Positions 47,330 through 56,460 of a stretch of 64,000 bases of DNA are shown here, one piece after another. The position numbers and the translations under genes were made by a program. The DNA is taken from contig CANKWU010000001.1 of assembly GCA_947487385.1 (NCBI GenBank), positions 203,421 through 267,420 on the forward strand. The letters run 5' to 3'. The stretch is from Spartobacteria bacterium (GTDB lineage: Bacteria; Verrucomicrobiota; Verrucomicrobiia; Chthoniobacterales; UBA6821). The notes under the pieces are model-generated. The model worked only from the letters and a program-made list of their open reading frames with translations. It was not told the DNA's origin and made no database searches. Position 1 is the first letter of the stretch; every line of letters begins with the position of its first letter.

Positions 47330-48615
47330 CCATGCAGGAGATTACAACTGCTATCGTATTTTGGAGGCTTGGTCCTTACCACCATGCCCGAATGAATGCA
47401 GCGGGAAAGCTTAACAAAACCATCGGACTAGAGGCCTGTGGGATTGAGGATACCTATGCATGGGACACTGTGTCCGGATCTCAAGAATTCGACCGGATCA
47501 CCTTGACGAGAAAATATTCTCCCACAAGAGCCTGGAGAAGAGAACTGCAGCAGCAGATGTTTCAAGAACTAGACCGTATTAGTCCTGATGTCCTAGTTAT
47601 CCCCGGATGGGTGATGCCCGATGCCATTAGTGGATTGTATTGGGCTATAAAAAAGAACATTCCTGTTGTCTGCATGTCTGAGTCCACGCGGTGGGATGCA
47701 GAACGCAGTCCGATCAAAGAATGGGTTAAGAGGAGGATTATCTCCCTCTTCTCGGCGGCGCTGGTAGGTGGAACTCCCCATCGGGACTACATGTTAAATC
47801 TGGGGATGCCTGCCGATCGGATCTTCCTGGGCTATGATGCGGTAGATAACGGATTTTTCTCAGAGGGAGTGAGAAAAATCGTCGAGGGTCGAGAATCGAG
47901 AGTCAAGAGAACTGCAGTACAAGACGAAGCAAGGGAGATAGGATCTAGGAGATTGGAGGTGGGGGAAAGGAAGAAGCCTTACTTCCTTGCATTGGCCCGC
48001 TTCATCGAGAAAAAGAATTTGCCCCGATTACTCCGTGCGTATGCTCACTATCGGGGAAAGAGTTTGCCCTCGACCCTCGACGTTCGACCCTCGACTGCTC
48101 AGTCCACTTGGGATCTGGTCATTATCGGTGATGGGGAACTGCGTTCTGATCTGGAAAAATTGAGCTCGGAACTTGGTCTTGAGGACTGCGTTCAGATGCC
48201 TGGATTCAAACAGTATGAGCAGCTTCCTTCGTACTACGCAAATGCTGGAGCCTTTATTCACGCCAGCACGACGGAGCCGTGGGGACTGGTGATCAACGAA
48301 GCGATGGCATCGGGACTCCCTGTTCTGGTGAGCAACCGCTGTGGATGCGCTACTGATCTGGTACAGGAGGGAGAGAACGGATGGACTTTCGATCCCTTCA
48401 ATGAGGAGCAGATGGCGGATCTGATGCTCAGAATCTCAAGTGATGAAGATGGAAGATTGAAGATGGGAGTCAGAAGTCGTGATATTATCGCTATTTGGGG
48501 TCTGGATCGTTTTGCGTCTGGTCTCACTGGGGCCGTTCAGGCCGCGCTCTCAGAACCTAGGAAGGGCGCCGGATTTCTCAATCGACTTCTTTTATCTGTA
48601 TTGATTCGCAGATAG
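47326..48615 (+). CDS. Glycosyltransferase family 4 with repeat-derived insertions
   Basis: YFLALARFIEKKNLPRLL, IIGDGELR, EPWGLVINEAMASGLPV. Confidence 0.9.
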   Translation: MTMQEITTAIVFWRLGPYHHARMNAAGKLNKTIGLEACGIEDTYAWDTVSGSQEFDRITLTRKYSPTRAWRRELQQQMFQELDRISPDVLVIPGWVMPDAISGLYWAIKKNIPVVCMSESTRWDAERSPIKEWVKRRIISLFSAALVGGTPHRDYMLNLGMPADRIFLGYDAVDNGFFSEGVRKIVEGRESRVKRTAVQDEAREIGSRRLEVGERKKPYFLALARFIEKKNLPRLLRAYAHYRGKSLPSTLDVRPSTAQSTWDLVIIGDGELRSDLEKLSSELGLEDCVQMPGFKQYEQLPSYYANAGAFIHASTTEPWGLVINEAMASGLPVLVSNRCGCATDLVQEGENGWTFDPFNEEQMADLMLRISSDEDGRLKMGVRSRDIIAIWGLDRFASGLTGAVQAALSEPRKGAGFLNRLLLSVLIRR

Positions 48616-48708
48616 GGTAAGGTAAGAATTCATAGGATCTCACGACCGAGCGCTTGGTCCTCGTAGGGGTCCCTAGTGAGGGGAACGAGATTTATCGGGC
48701 GCCGATAA

Positions 48709-49353
48709 TCAGCCTTCCATGGTAAGAATGGTGACAAGTTGCTTAGGATTTGTATCGAGTAAATTCACGTGCGCCGTGATCGGACTTCCTTTTATTTCGA
48801 GTTCGAGGTGACTTCTGTCACGGTATTCCACGTGGTTTCCCTCATGGAACAAGGACAGATAAGAGGCGATGCATTTCCCTTGTTTCAATTTAGGTGCCGG
48901 AAGGTCGAAATAATTCGGGTACTCTTGACTCTTATCAAGATCGAAGAGTTGCTGAGTTTTTTCATTGAGATAGAGGATATTCCCCTCAATATCTGAAATA
49001 AAGACAGGAAGAGGCATACCAAGGATAATATGGTTCAATGTATTCCGATTTTTCCTTACTCTTGTTAGGAGATATGAAAAAATGCAGGCAAAGGCTGCGG
49101 AGCATATATAGCTCAATAAACTGAATTTGTGGGAGTGTAATTCTAAGGGAGAGCATCCTCCGCTTAATAGGGAGTATATTTTAGGATTTAATAGTATTTG
49201 AATCCCCACCAGAGAGTAAATCGTTCCCCAAAAGAAAACCCATGCTGGCTTCATCAAAATTGATGCAAGAAGAAGCCCCATCGATAGCAGGGCCGGGGAG
49301 ATAGTTTGATAATTAGATTCCCAGTCGTAGAGAAGGACAAACCCAAGATACAA
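48709..49353 (-). CDS. Membrane protein with a C-terminal PAS-like domain, no output domain
   Basis: Three hydrophobic segments, then GMPLPVFISDIEGNILYLNEKTQQLF (PAS start); AT-rich; TTG start uncertain. Confidence 0.6.
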   Translation of the reverse strand: MYLGFVLLYDWESNYQTISPALLSMGLLLASILMKPAWVFFWGTIYSLVGIQILLNPKIYSLLSGGCSPLELHSHKFSLLSYICSAAFACIFSYLLTRVRKNRNTLNHIILGMPLPVFISDIEGNILYLNEKTQQLFDLDKSQEYPNYFDLPAPKLKQGKCIASYLSLFHEGNHVEYRDRSHLELEIKGSPITAHVNLLDTNPKQLVTILTMEG

Positions 49354-49518
49354 TGCCGGAATAAGCTGACACAGTGCTTTCCTGAGAATGGGGTGAGGTC
49401 ATTCATTTTCGGAAAATGTGGCTATTTCCCTTCAATAAAACTATACTCTTATTATGTTTGCAAGAAGTGACAATTTGCTTCGCAGATCACGCTAGAGCAG
49501 TGGCCTCCACCTTTTTTT

Positions 49519-50730
49519 ATGATTCGCTGCAACAATCTTACAGGGCCAGTTTCCCGTTCTGCGGGGGGACTCTATGAGAGCGTTCGAAGGCTTGCTCAAG
49601 AACTGCGGATTACTGGGATTGAGGTGGCTGTGCTCGGGAGCTTAGACGAGTTTACCAAGACGGATATTGCAGCATGGGATCCTGTGACGATAAGGGCTTT
49701 TAGGACGTTCGGGCCGAGGCAGTTTGGCTATTCCCATGAGTATTTGGAGTTCCTAAAGGCTTATCGCCCCCACCTCATTCATACTCATGGAATCTGGATC
49801 TATTCGAGCATGGCAACCTTAATACATGCAAAGAGGTGTGGGATTCCTTATATGATTTCTCCTCACGGGATGCTCGACCCCTGGGCTCTCAGGAATTCCC
49901 GGTGGAAAAAAATCCCGGCATATTGGCTCTATGAAAGGGCTCATCTGAATAAGGCTTCTGTCATGCGCGCTCTGTGTGAATCGGAGGCAGAGTCGTTCAG
50001 GAAGTTCGGATTAAAAAATCCGATTGCGATCATTCCGAATGGGATTGATTTGCCTGAGGAATCGTCGAGGAAAGCTGCAAATCATGAGGGTAAGAAAACG
50101 CTGCTTTTTCTTGGAAGAATTCATCCGAAGAAGGGACTGTCTAATCTGATTCGTGCTTTTGCCAGAAGTCGGGGATCAAGGGGCGAGAATCACGAGCAAT
50201 GGCATCTGCTTATGGTAGGATGGGATCAGGGAGGACATGAAGATGAGCTTATGCAACTCTGCGGGGAACTTGAGCTGAGTATTAGCCACAAGATACACAA
50301 AAATCACACGGGAAATGATAGAGACGATGCAGATGTCATCTTTTACGGGCCGGCTTTCAAGGAGGAGAAAGAGCTTCTTTTGAACTCGGCCGATGCCTTT
50401 GTCCTTCCTTCCTTCAGCGAAGGACTTCCGATGTCGGTTCTTGAGGCATGGGCGCATGGTCTGCCTGTCGTGATGACCCCTGAGTGTAATCTTCCGGAGG
50501 GGTTTGCCGCCGATGCCGCGATCCGTACCGAGACGGATGTGGAGAGTATCGCTCAGGGGCTCGAGGCTCTCTTCTCCATGAATGATGCCGACTTGAAAGA
50601 GATGGGAGCTAGGGGGAGAGCGCTGGTCCGTCAGAAATTCACTTGGCAGAATGTCGCCGGGCAGATGAAGGATGTCTACGACTGGATGCTGGGTGGAGGA
50701 ATGCCTCCAAGTTGCGTTGAGATAAGCTGA
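49519..50730 (+). CDS. Glycosyltransferase family 4
   Basis: ISPHGMLDPW, LLFLGRIHPKKG, FVLPSFSEGLPMSVLEAWA. Confidence 0.93.
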   Translation: MIRCNNLTGPVSRSAGGLYESVRRLAQELRITGIEVAVLGSLDEFTKTDIAAWDPVTIRAFRTFGPRQFGYSHEYLEFLKAYRPHLIHTHGIWIYSSMATLIHAKRCGIPYMISPHGMLDPWALRNSRWKKIPAYWLYERAHLNKASVMRALCESEAESFRKFGLKNPIAIIPNGIDLPEESSRKAANHEGKKTLLFLGRIHPKKGLSNLIRAFARSRGSRGENHEQWHLLMVGWDQGGHEDELMQLCGELELSISHKIHKNHTGNDRDDADVIFYGPAFKEEKELLLNSADAFVLPSFSEGLPMSVLEAWAHGLPVVMTPECNLPEGFAADAAIRTETDVESIAQGLEALFSMNDADLKEMGARGRALVRQKFTWQNVAGQMKDVYDWMLGGGMPPSCVEIS

Positions 50731-50829
50731 TGATAAGTTTCTTAGATTCTCTTTTTTAGCCCTCAACCTTTTGTCACTCGTCATCTCGACTTCAGTCACT
50801 TCTTCCAGTTAAGCATTTAATTTTTCCTT

Positions 50830-52230
50830 ATGGATCCTTTGGTTTCCGTATCCTTCCCCTTACCATTTTATCTCTGTATTATTGCAGTCCTGTCGCTTGC
50901 TCGGACCGCATGGCAAAGGCGTTATGAAGGTTGGGGGATCCCGATGCTGGCGGTCGTGGCGACTGCGGCTGTGTGGTATATTGGTGACGTTCTTTATAAT
51001 GATTATGGAGCTTACGCGAAGCAGTTTGGCGATGGTCCCTTAATCTCCGCGTGGTGGGAAATTCTGTTGTTCTTCATCACCCTTGGAATCCTGACGCCCA
51101 TCATCAATCGCAAGATCAACGGGAATCTGCTCAATGAGGGAAGTCAGATCCTCCAGATGATGCAGAATGGTGCCGTCGATCAGGTGCAATTTCAGGATCA
51201 GATCAGCGCCATCGGACGATTGCTGCTTTGGCCATGGGTCGTACTGATGGCGACGGGATTGGTCAAAACCCATTTTGATGTTATCGGGATGTTTTTCCCA
51301 TACCTAGGTGAAAAAGCTGATCCATGGTCTAGGAATCGTATTGGCGGAGGAATCGATGCCCTCTATGCTTTGGCCGGCTATTTTCAATTAATGCTCACCG
51401 CTCTCTGGGGAGTTGTATTTGCTCTGAGTAAAAGGTCTTCCACATTCGTGATGGCTGGCATCATCTATTTTCTCTCAGCTCCCTTCTATGTATTTGATAG
51501 GACACGCAGTTATATGCTGGCGATCTTGTTGCCAGGATTTATGGCTTTGGTATCGCTGCGAGTCAAAAAGGGAATCTGGGTAAGATTAATCTTATGCGGG
51601 GCCAGTTTTTTGGTGCTCGAGCAGTGGATGAAGTTTGTGATTGATAACCGAGACAAGGGTAGTATTGCCGCATCCTTCAAAACCGGTGGCACACAAGATC
51701 TGCAAGTAAAAGCCAGAAAACATGGTGGATTTAACATGTATCAGGAGCTTTGTTATATTAATTACTATATCGCTCAGGGCAGCTATAAGGTGAACTGGGG
51801 AAGCCGCTATTTCGCGGAAATTGTGAATCCGATTCCGAGAGTGCTCTGGCCGGGCAAGCCAATGATCGGGATTGACTATGCGATCGCGCGAGGCATGGCC
51901 TACGGGACTCTAAATGCCAAGTCGGGAGGCATTGCCTCCTCGATATCCACTGGGATGATTGGCCAGGGGGTGGTGAACTTCGGAGGCTTCCTCGGGCCGA
52001 TTGTCGCAGCATTCCTGATGGCAGTTTGGATCGCCGTGCTGGCTAGGCAGGATCTGATGGGAAACGATCTTGGCCACCTCCTGCTCTATGCTATCGGGCT
52101 GGTACTCACTTATAACATGGGCCGCGATATTACGCTCTTGATTCTCTACCCATTTGTCTTTGGCCTGATCCTACTGAACTTTGTCAATAAACGAAAAGAT
52201 AACCAACTCCCCCTAACCGATGAGACTTGA
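50830..52230 (+). CDS. Polytopic membrane protein, probable Wzy-like polysaccharide polymerase
   Basis: About 10 hydrophobic segments; DRTRS motif; NPIPRVLWPGKP periplasmic loop; EPS context. Confidence 0.65.
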   Translation: MDPLVSVSFPLPFYLCIIAVLSLARTAWQRRYEGWGIPMLAVVATAAVWYIGDVLYNDYGAYAKQFGDGPLISAWWEILLFFITLGILTPIINRKINGNLLNEGSQILQMMQNGAVDQVQFQDQISAIGRLLLWPWVVLMATGLVKTHFDVIGMFFPYLGEKADPWSRNRIGGGIDALYALAGYFQLMLTALWGVVFALSKRSSTFVMAGIIYFLSAPFYVFDRTRSYMLAILLPGFMALVSLRVKKGIWVRLILCGASFLVLEQWMKFVIDNRDKGSIAASFKTGGTQDLQVKARKHGGFNMYQELCYINYYIAQGSYKVNWGSRYFAEIVNPIPRVLWPGKPMIGIDYAIARGMAYGTLNAKSGGIASSISTGMIGQGVVNFGGFLGPIVAAFLMAVWIAVLARQDLMGNDLGHLLLYAIGLVLTYNMGRDITLLILYPFVFGLILLNFVNKRKDNQLPLTDET

Positions 52231-52705
52231 CCACTACGATAACTCAGACTTCAGTCGCGGGGCCTCTCCCATGAAGGAGGCTCTCTGGTGGCTGGTGAGA
52301 TCGCTCCTCTTCGCCCCTTGGTTTCCGATCCCCTCGGGTGTCAAGGTTGCGGCTCTTCGTAGCTTTGGTGCCAAGATTGGGCAGGGTGTGGTGATCCGTT
52401 CACGGGTGAACATCACTTTTCCTTGGAAACTGACGGTTGGGGATCATGTCTGGATCGGGGAGGAGGTGCTGATCCTGAGCCTGGCTCCGGTATCCATAGA
52501 CTCCCATGTTTGCATCTCACAACGTGCTTTCCTTTGCACGGGATCGCACAAGTTCCGGAGCGAGAACTTCGGTCTTATAACGCAACCGATCTCAATCGGT
52601 AAGGGGTGCTGGATTGCCGCAAATGTCTTCATTGGCCCAGGTGTCACGCTCGCACCTGGAATTCTCTGTTCGGCGGGATCCGTTGTTCTCAAGGATATTG
52701 GCTGA
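52220..52705 (+). CDS. wcaF: WcaF-like hexapeptide-repeat O-acetyltransferase (short C-terminus)
   Basis: LRSFGAKIGQGVVIRSRVNITFPWKLTVGDHVWIGE, CISQRAFLCTGSH; ends at KDIG. Confidence 0.8.
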   Translation: MRLDHYDNSDFSRGASPMKEALWWLVRSLLFAPWFPIPSGVKVAALRSFGAKIGQGVVIRSRVNITFPWKLTVGDHVWIGEEVLILSLAPVSIDSHVCISQRAFLCTGSHKFRSENFGLITQPISIGKGCWIAANVFIGPGVTLAPGILCSAGSVVLKDIG

Positions 52706-52789
52706 GAAGTGGGGTGTTCTAAGATTCCGGTATTCAGCTGAGGATGATTCGGGTGTTTCCTCGGGCTCTCCAACTTCTATGATAAGTCG

Positions 52790-53392
52790 GTGAAGCGACT
52801 TCTGCCAATTCTGGCGCTGCTCCTCGGAGTCTGTGCTTTTTTTATTCTTCCGGGGGAGGGGTTCACCCGTTTCTGGAAAGAGTGGCTTGTCGTTTCCTTG
52901 TCGATGAATCATGCCGATGCGCTGATCGTTCCTGGAGGAGAGCCCCTGGCACGCCCTCAAGAGGCAGCTCGACTCTACAAGTTGGGAGTGGCTCCAAAGA
53001 TATTTGTGACAGGTACAGGCGATGCCTTCTCGATCCGTAAGGTACTGATCGGGGAGGGGGTTCCCGTCTCGGCTATCAGTGTGGAATCTAAGGCGAGGAC
53101 AACCCATGCTAATGCAGTTCTGCTGAAGCCGATGCTTGAGAAGGCTAAGGTGCATTCTGCGCTGATCGTGACATCCCCGTTTCATACGAGGCGTGCTTTA
53201 GCGACGTTCCGAAAGGTGATGCCGGAGATCACCTTTGGAGTGACGGATGCCTCGATCGGATGGTGGGGAAGAGAGGAAGGAAGGCGGGACATCAATCGCT
53301 TTGCTGTGATCGAGTTTCTCAAAACCGCAGAGTACTTGCTGTTGTATGGGGTGAGCCCGATATTAAAACCTGATTCAACGGATACGAAGTAA
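52790..53392 (+). CDS. YdcF/DUF218 family protein
   Basis: ADALIVPGG, ESKARTTHANA, LIVTSPFHTRRA. Confidence 0.88.
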   Translation: MKRLLPILALLLGVCAFFILPGEGFTRFWKEWLVVSLSMNHADALIVPGGEPLARPQEAARLYKLGVAPKIFVTGTGDAFSIRKVLIGEGVPVSAISVESKARTTHANAVLLKPMLEKAKVHSALIVTSPFHTRRALATFRKVMPEITFGVTDASIGWWGREEGRRDINRFAVIEFLKTAEYLLLYGVSPILKPDSTDTK

Positions 53393-53442
53393 CGGCCGAG
53401 CAAGCAAATCTGAAGACTGAGACAGCATAAGGTGAATATTTT

Positions 53443-53579
53443 GCCATAAGATGCATAGGTTCACAAAGGGATGATGGGAAGCCTTTGGTCATGAAATTGA
53501 GAATGAACGCCAGTAAGTCTTTCTGATAGAACTGCAGCATCGTCTTCTTCATTTCTGTGCTTCGTGTGCATTTTATGGC
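53443..53579. repeat. Inverted-arm cassette (GCCATAA.ATGCA family), MITE-like
   Basis: Left arm GCCATAAGATGCATAGGTTCACAAAG; the right arm reverse-complements to GCCATAAAATGCACACGAAGCACAGAA. Same family as 39866-39979. Confidence 0.65.
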
Positions 53580-53620
53580 TAATTAATTCTTGGCATTGAG
53601 CCCTTCTATTTCCCCCCTCC

Positions 53621-54826
53621 ATGCCCTCCATCCTTTTCATTAATCGGGTATACCCGCTGGATGCTGGAGCAACGGGGCGTGTGCTGGAGCATGCTGCCCG
53701 CGGTTTGTTCAACGCAGGTTGGGATGTCACCGTGCTCGCCACGGCGGGATGTAGGGAAACTCTTGGAGAGGAGTGGCGTGACGGAATCCGGGTTATTCGT
53801 GTCGGGAGTCTCTTTTCCAATAAAAATCTGATCACTCGGACGCTAGGATTTGCCATGATGATTCCTAGGCTGCTTCTGAAAGCGCTCCTTCTGTCTCGCC
53901 ATGATTTGCTGGTCACAATGACCGATCCCCCGATGCTGGCAGTTATTGGGCCTTTGATTCAATGGGCGAAGGGATCGCGCCTGATCCATTGGTCTCAGGA
54001 TCTTTATCCAGAAGTGGCTGAAGAGTGCGGGGTGCTTCGTAAAGGCGGTGCCTTTGCGAATATTCTGAGAAATCTATCGACATGGTCCCTTAGATCTCAT
54101 GATCTGACGCTGGCGGTGGGACGATGCATGTCTGATCGTCTGCTGGCGCGGGGGATTGACGCGGCATCAATCCGGGTGATGCCCAATGCCGGAATCGAAG
54201 TCGGCATCCTGCCCGTTCCGCGTGGGAAGAGTGCATGCCGTGTGGCCCACGGAATCAGCAATGAATTCGTCATCATGTATTCAGGCAACATGGGGAGAGC
54301 TCATGAGTTTGACACCGTCATCGGTGCGGCACGGCTTCTTAAGGAGAGAGGAGAGCACCACGTCCTCTTCCTCTTTGTCGGCGAAGGACCTGAGGAGATC
54401 CCTTTGCGCGATGCAGTTACCCGGCTTGACTTGAGAAACATCAGATTTATCCCTTCGCAGCCTGCGGCAAATCTCTCCGACAGTCTCGGCATGGGAGACC
54501 TGCATCTGGTTACCATGAAGAAAGGGATGAGTGGGTTGGTTGTACCCAGCAAGTTCTACGGGGTTATGGCTGCCGCTCGCCCGATACTTTTTGTCGGATC
54601 ATCGGAATCTGAGGTGGCCCGAGTAATCCTAGAGAAGAGGATGGGAGAAGTGATTGCTCCCGGAGATTCCGAGAAGCTTGTCGCGGTGATCTTGAGTTAC
54701 CAGGATCATCCTATCCAAATTGATGAGGAGGGGCTCCGCGCACAAGCATTCGTTCAAAATGAGGATTTTCTTCCAATCATGGTCCAGGAAGCTCACCGAA
54801 TCTCTTTACGTCACAAAATGCTATAA
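53621..54826 (+). CDS. Glycosyltransferase family 4 (WbuB/WcaI-like)
   Basis: FINRVYP, TDPPML, HWSQDLYPEVA, MYSGNMGRAH, LVVPSKFYGVMAAARP. Confidence 0.92.
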   Translation: MPSILFINRVYPLDAGATGRVLEHAARGLFNAGWDVTVLATAGCRETLGEEWRDGIRVIRVGSLFSNKNLITRTLGFAMMIPRLLLKALLLSRHDLLVTMTDPPMLAVIGPLIQWAKGSRLIHWSQDLYPEVAEECGVLRKGGAFANILRNLSTWSLRSHDLTLAVGRCMSDRLLARGIDAASIRVMPNAGIEVGILPVPRGKSACRVAHGISNEFVIMYSGNMGRAHEFDTVIGAARLLKERGEHHVLFLFVGEGPEEIPLRDAVTRLDLRNIRFIPSQPAANLSDSLGMGDLHLVTMKKGMSGLVVPSKFYGVMAAARPILFVGSSESEVARVILEKRMGEVIAPGDSEKLVAVILSYQDHPIQIDEEGLRAQAFVQNEDFLPIMVQEAHRISLRHKML

Positions 54827-54994
54827 GAACTGGGGGCTTGGCTTAAGAGGTTTTTCCTAGTCCACTATATAAGAATAATTTGTAGCATGGTTTTATTACC
54901 CCCCATAATAGACCTGATGATGCAAACCTCCGGAGATTCGATAGACTCCTCTCATTCTGAGAGTGAGTCCTCTTATTTCTTCAAATAGCCCAAA

Positions 54995-56407
54995 ATGCAA
55001 CCTTGGGAGAAAAAGAAAGCTCATCAGTTCAAAAGAAAGGCTTTTTTTGCGCCCTTGTTCCTACTGGGCGATTTTCTTCAATGGGTTCTTATCTATTTAT
55101 CACTCTCCGTTGTGACAGGTGGGTATAATGTGATTACCCCAATTGCCATTGTCCTTCCGTGCACGATCTTGATGATCTCTCTCTCCTTAATTGGAGCCTA
55201 TCGCTTCCGAACCGACTTCGTTTCGTTACGCTTTGCCAGTGAATACCTTATTGTTTGCGGCTTTGCCTATGGCATCGCCGCTTTAGCACTCTATTTTGTG
55301 GCCTCGTTTGGTCCCAATCCCACCTCGAGCAGGGGTATTTTTACGGCCTCCTTCGTAATCGTTGCTATTACCTCCCTCCTTGCGAGACGGCTGTTCTGGT
55401 TCTGGACTACGAAATCCCGCAGTGCTGGAAAATTTCTCGTGATTACGGATGAGCGTTTTGGATCGGTTTTTCATCGCGATTACGTGGCCAGTAAAAAACA
55501 GCACGAAGTGCGTTATATCGCAGCTCTCAAAGGGCTTCGTGGGAAAGCAATCGCTGGGGAAGGGACCCCATCCCCTTTAGTGGAGTTGGCCCATCTCCTG
55601 CCCCATATTGATCGGGAGAGTGCTAGCGGCTATGAAGCCATCGTTGTGGCAGCAGATCTCAATGCATTGGATCCCGAGATTGCAAGTCGGCTTGCGGTCA
55701 TTCATTTCGATGAGCTACCCGTTTATACTATGGAATCTTTTTACGAGAAATACTGGTCAAGGATTCCCCTCGAAATTCTGGGGCCAGCGTGGCCCTTAGA
55801 GACAGAGTTTCTTCTCGTGCAGCACTCGTTTTACTCCTCCCTGAAGAGACTTCTTGATTTTGTGATGGCACTCATACTGCTCCTTGTAGCAGCCCCGGTC
55901 ATACTAATTGTGGTTATGTTGATCATGATCCTCGATGGATTTCCCATTATCTATTCCCAACCTAGGGTCGGAATGCAGGGGCAACCTTTCATGCTCTATA
56001 AGTTTCGCACCATGAAAGAAGGCAGCGATCAAGGGGAAAGCTATACCAGAGAAAATGATGCCCGTGTCACATTCCTAGGTTCCTTCCTCAGAAGGACGCG
56101 TCTCGACGAACTTCCTCAACTCTGGAATGTTTTTCGCGGCGAGATGAGCATGATAGGGCCGCGCGCAGAGTGGACACGACTCGTTGAGAATTATAAGCGG
56201 GAAATTCCCCATTACCATTTCCGGCATCTGGTACGTCCCGGCATCACCGGTTGGGCCCAGGTGAACTATCCCTATGGTGCTTCGCTAGAGGATACCCTCA
56301 TGAAGTTTTCCTTCGATCTCTACTACATTCGCAATTTTTCGATTAAACTTGATGCCGAGGTATTGTTAAAAACTATCTATGTGGTTCTTTTTGGTCGAGG
56401 GAGATAG
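54995..56407 (+). CDS. Priming glycosyl-1-phosphate transferase (WcaJ/WbaP-like sugar transferase)
   Basis: Four N-terminal TMs; LKRLLDF, YKFRTM, FLRRTRLDELPQLWNV..GEMSMIGPRAE, VRPGITGWAQVN. Confidence 0.93.
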   Translation: MQPWEKKKAHQFKRKAFFAPLFLLGDFLQWVLIYLSLSVVTGGYNVITPIAIVLPCTILMISLSLIGAYRFRTDFVSLRFASEYLIVCGFAYGIAALALYFVASFGPNPTSSRGIFTASFVIVAITSLLARRLFWFWTTKSRSAGKFLVITDERFGSVFHRDYVASKKQHEVRYIAALKGLRGKAIAGEGTPSPLVELAHLLPHIDRESASGYEAIVVAADLNALDPEIASRLAVIHFDELPVYTMESFYEKYWSRIPLEILGPAWPLETEFLLVQHSFYSSLKRLLDFVMALILLLVAAPVILIVVMLIMILDGFPIIYSQPRVGMQGQPFMLYKFRTMKEGSDQGESYTRENDARVTFLGSFLRRTRLDELPQLWNVFRGEMSMIGPRAEWTRLVENYKREIPHYHFRHLVRPGITGWAQVNYPYGASLEDTLMKFSFDLYYIRNFSIKLDAEVLLKTIYVVLFGRGR

Positions 56408-56460
56408 GCAGCAGGCGGGGAGGACCTTGATTCACCTTGTACTTCGGAAGATGATGTATC

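Noticed and set aside
52703-52744. TGA read-through or selenocysteine in wcaF
   Set aside because: The downstream in-frame sequence does not restore the family C-terminus and no SECIS-like hairpin is evident.
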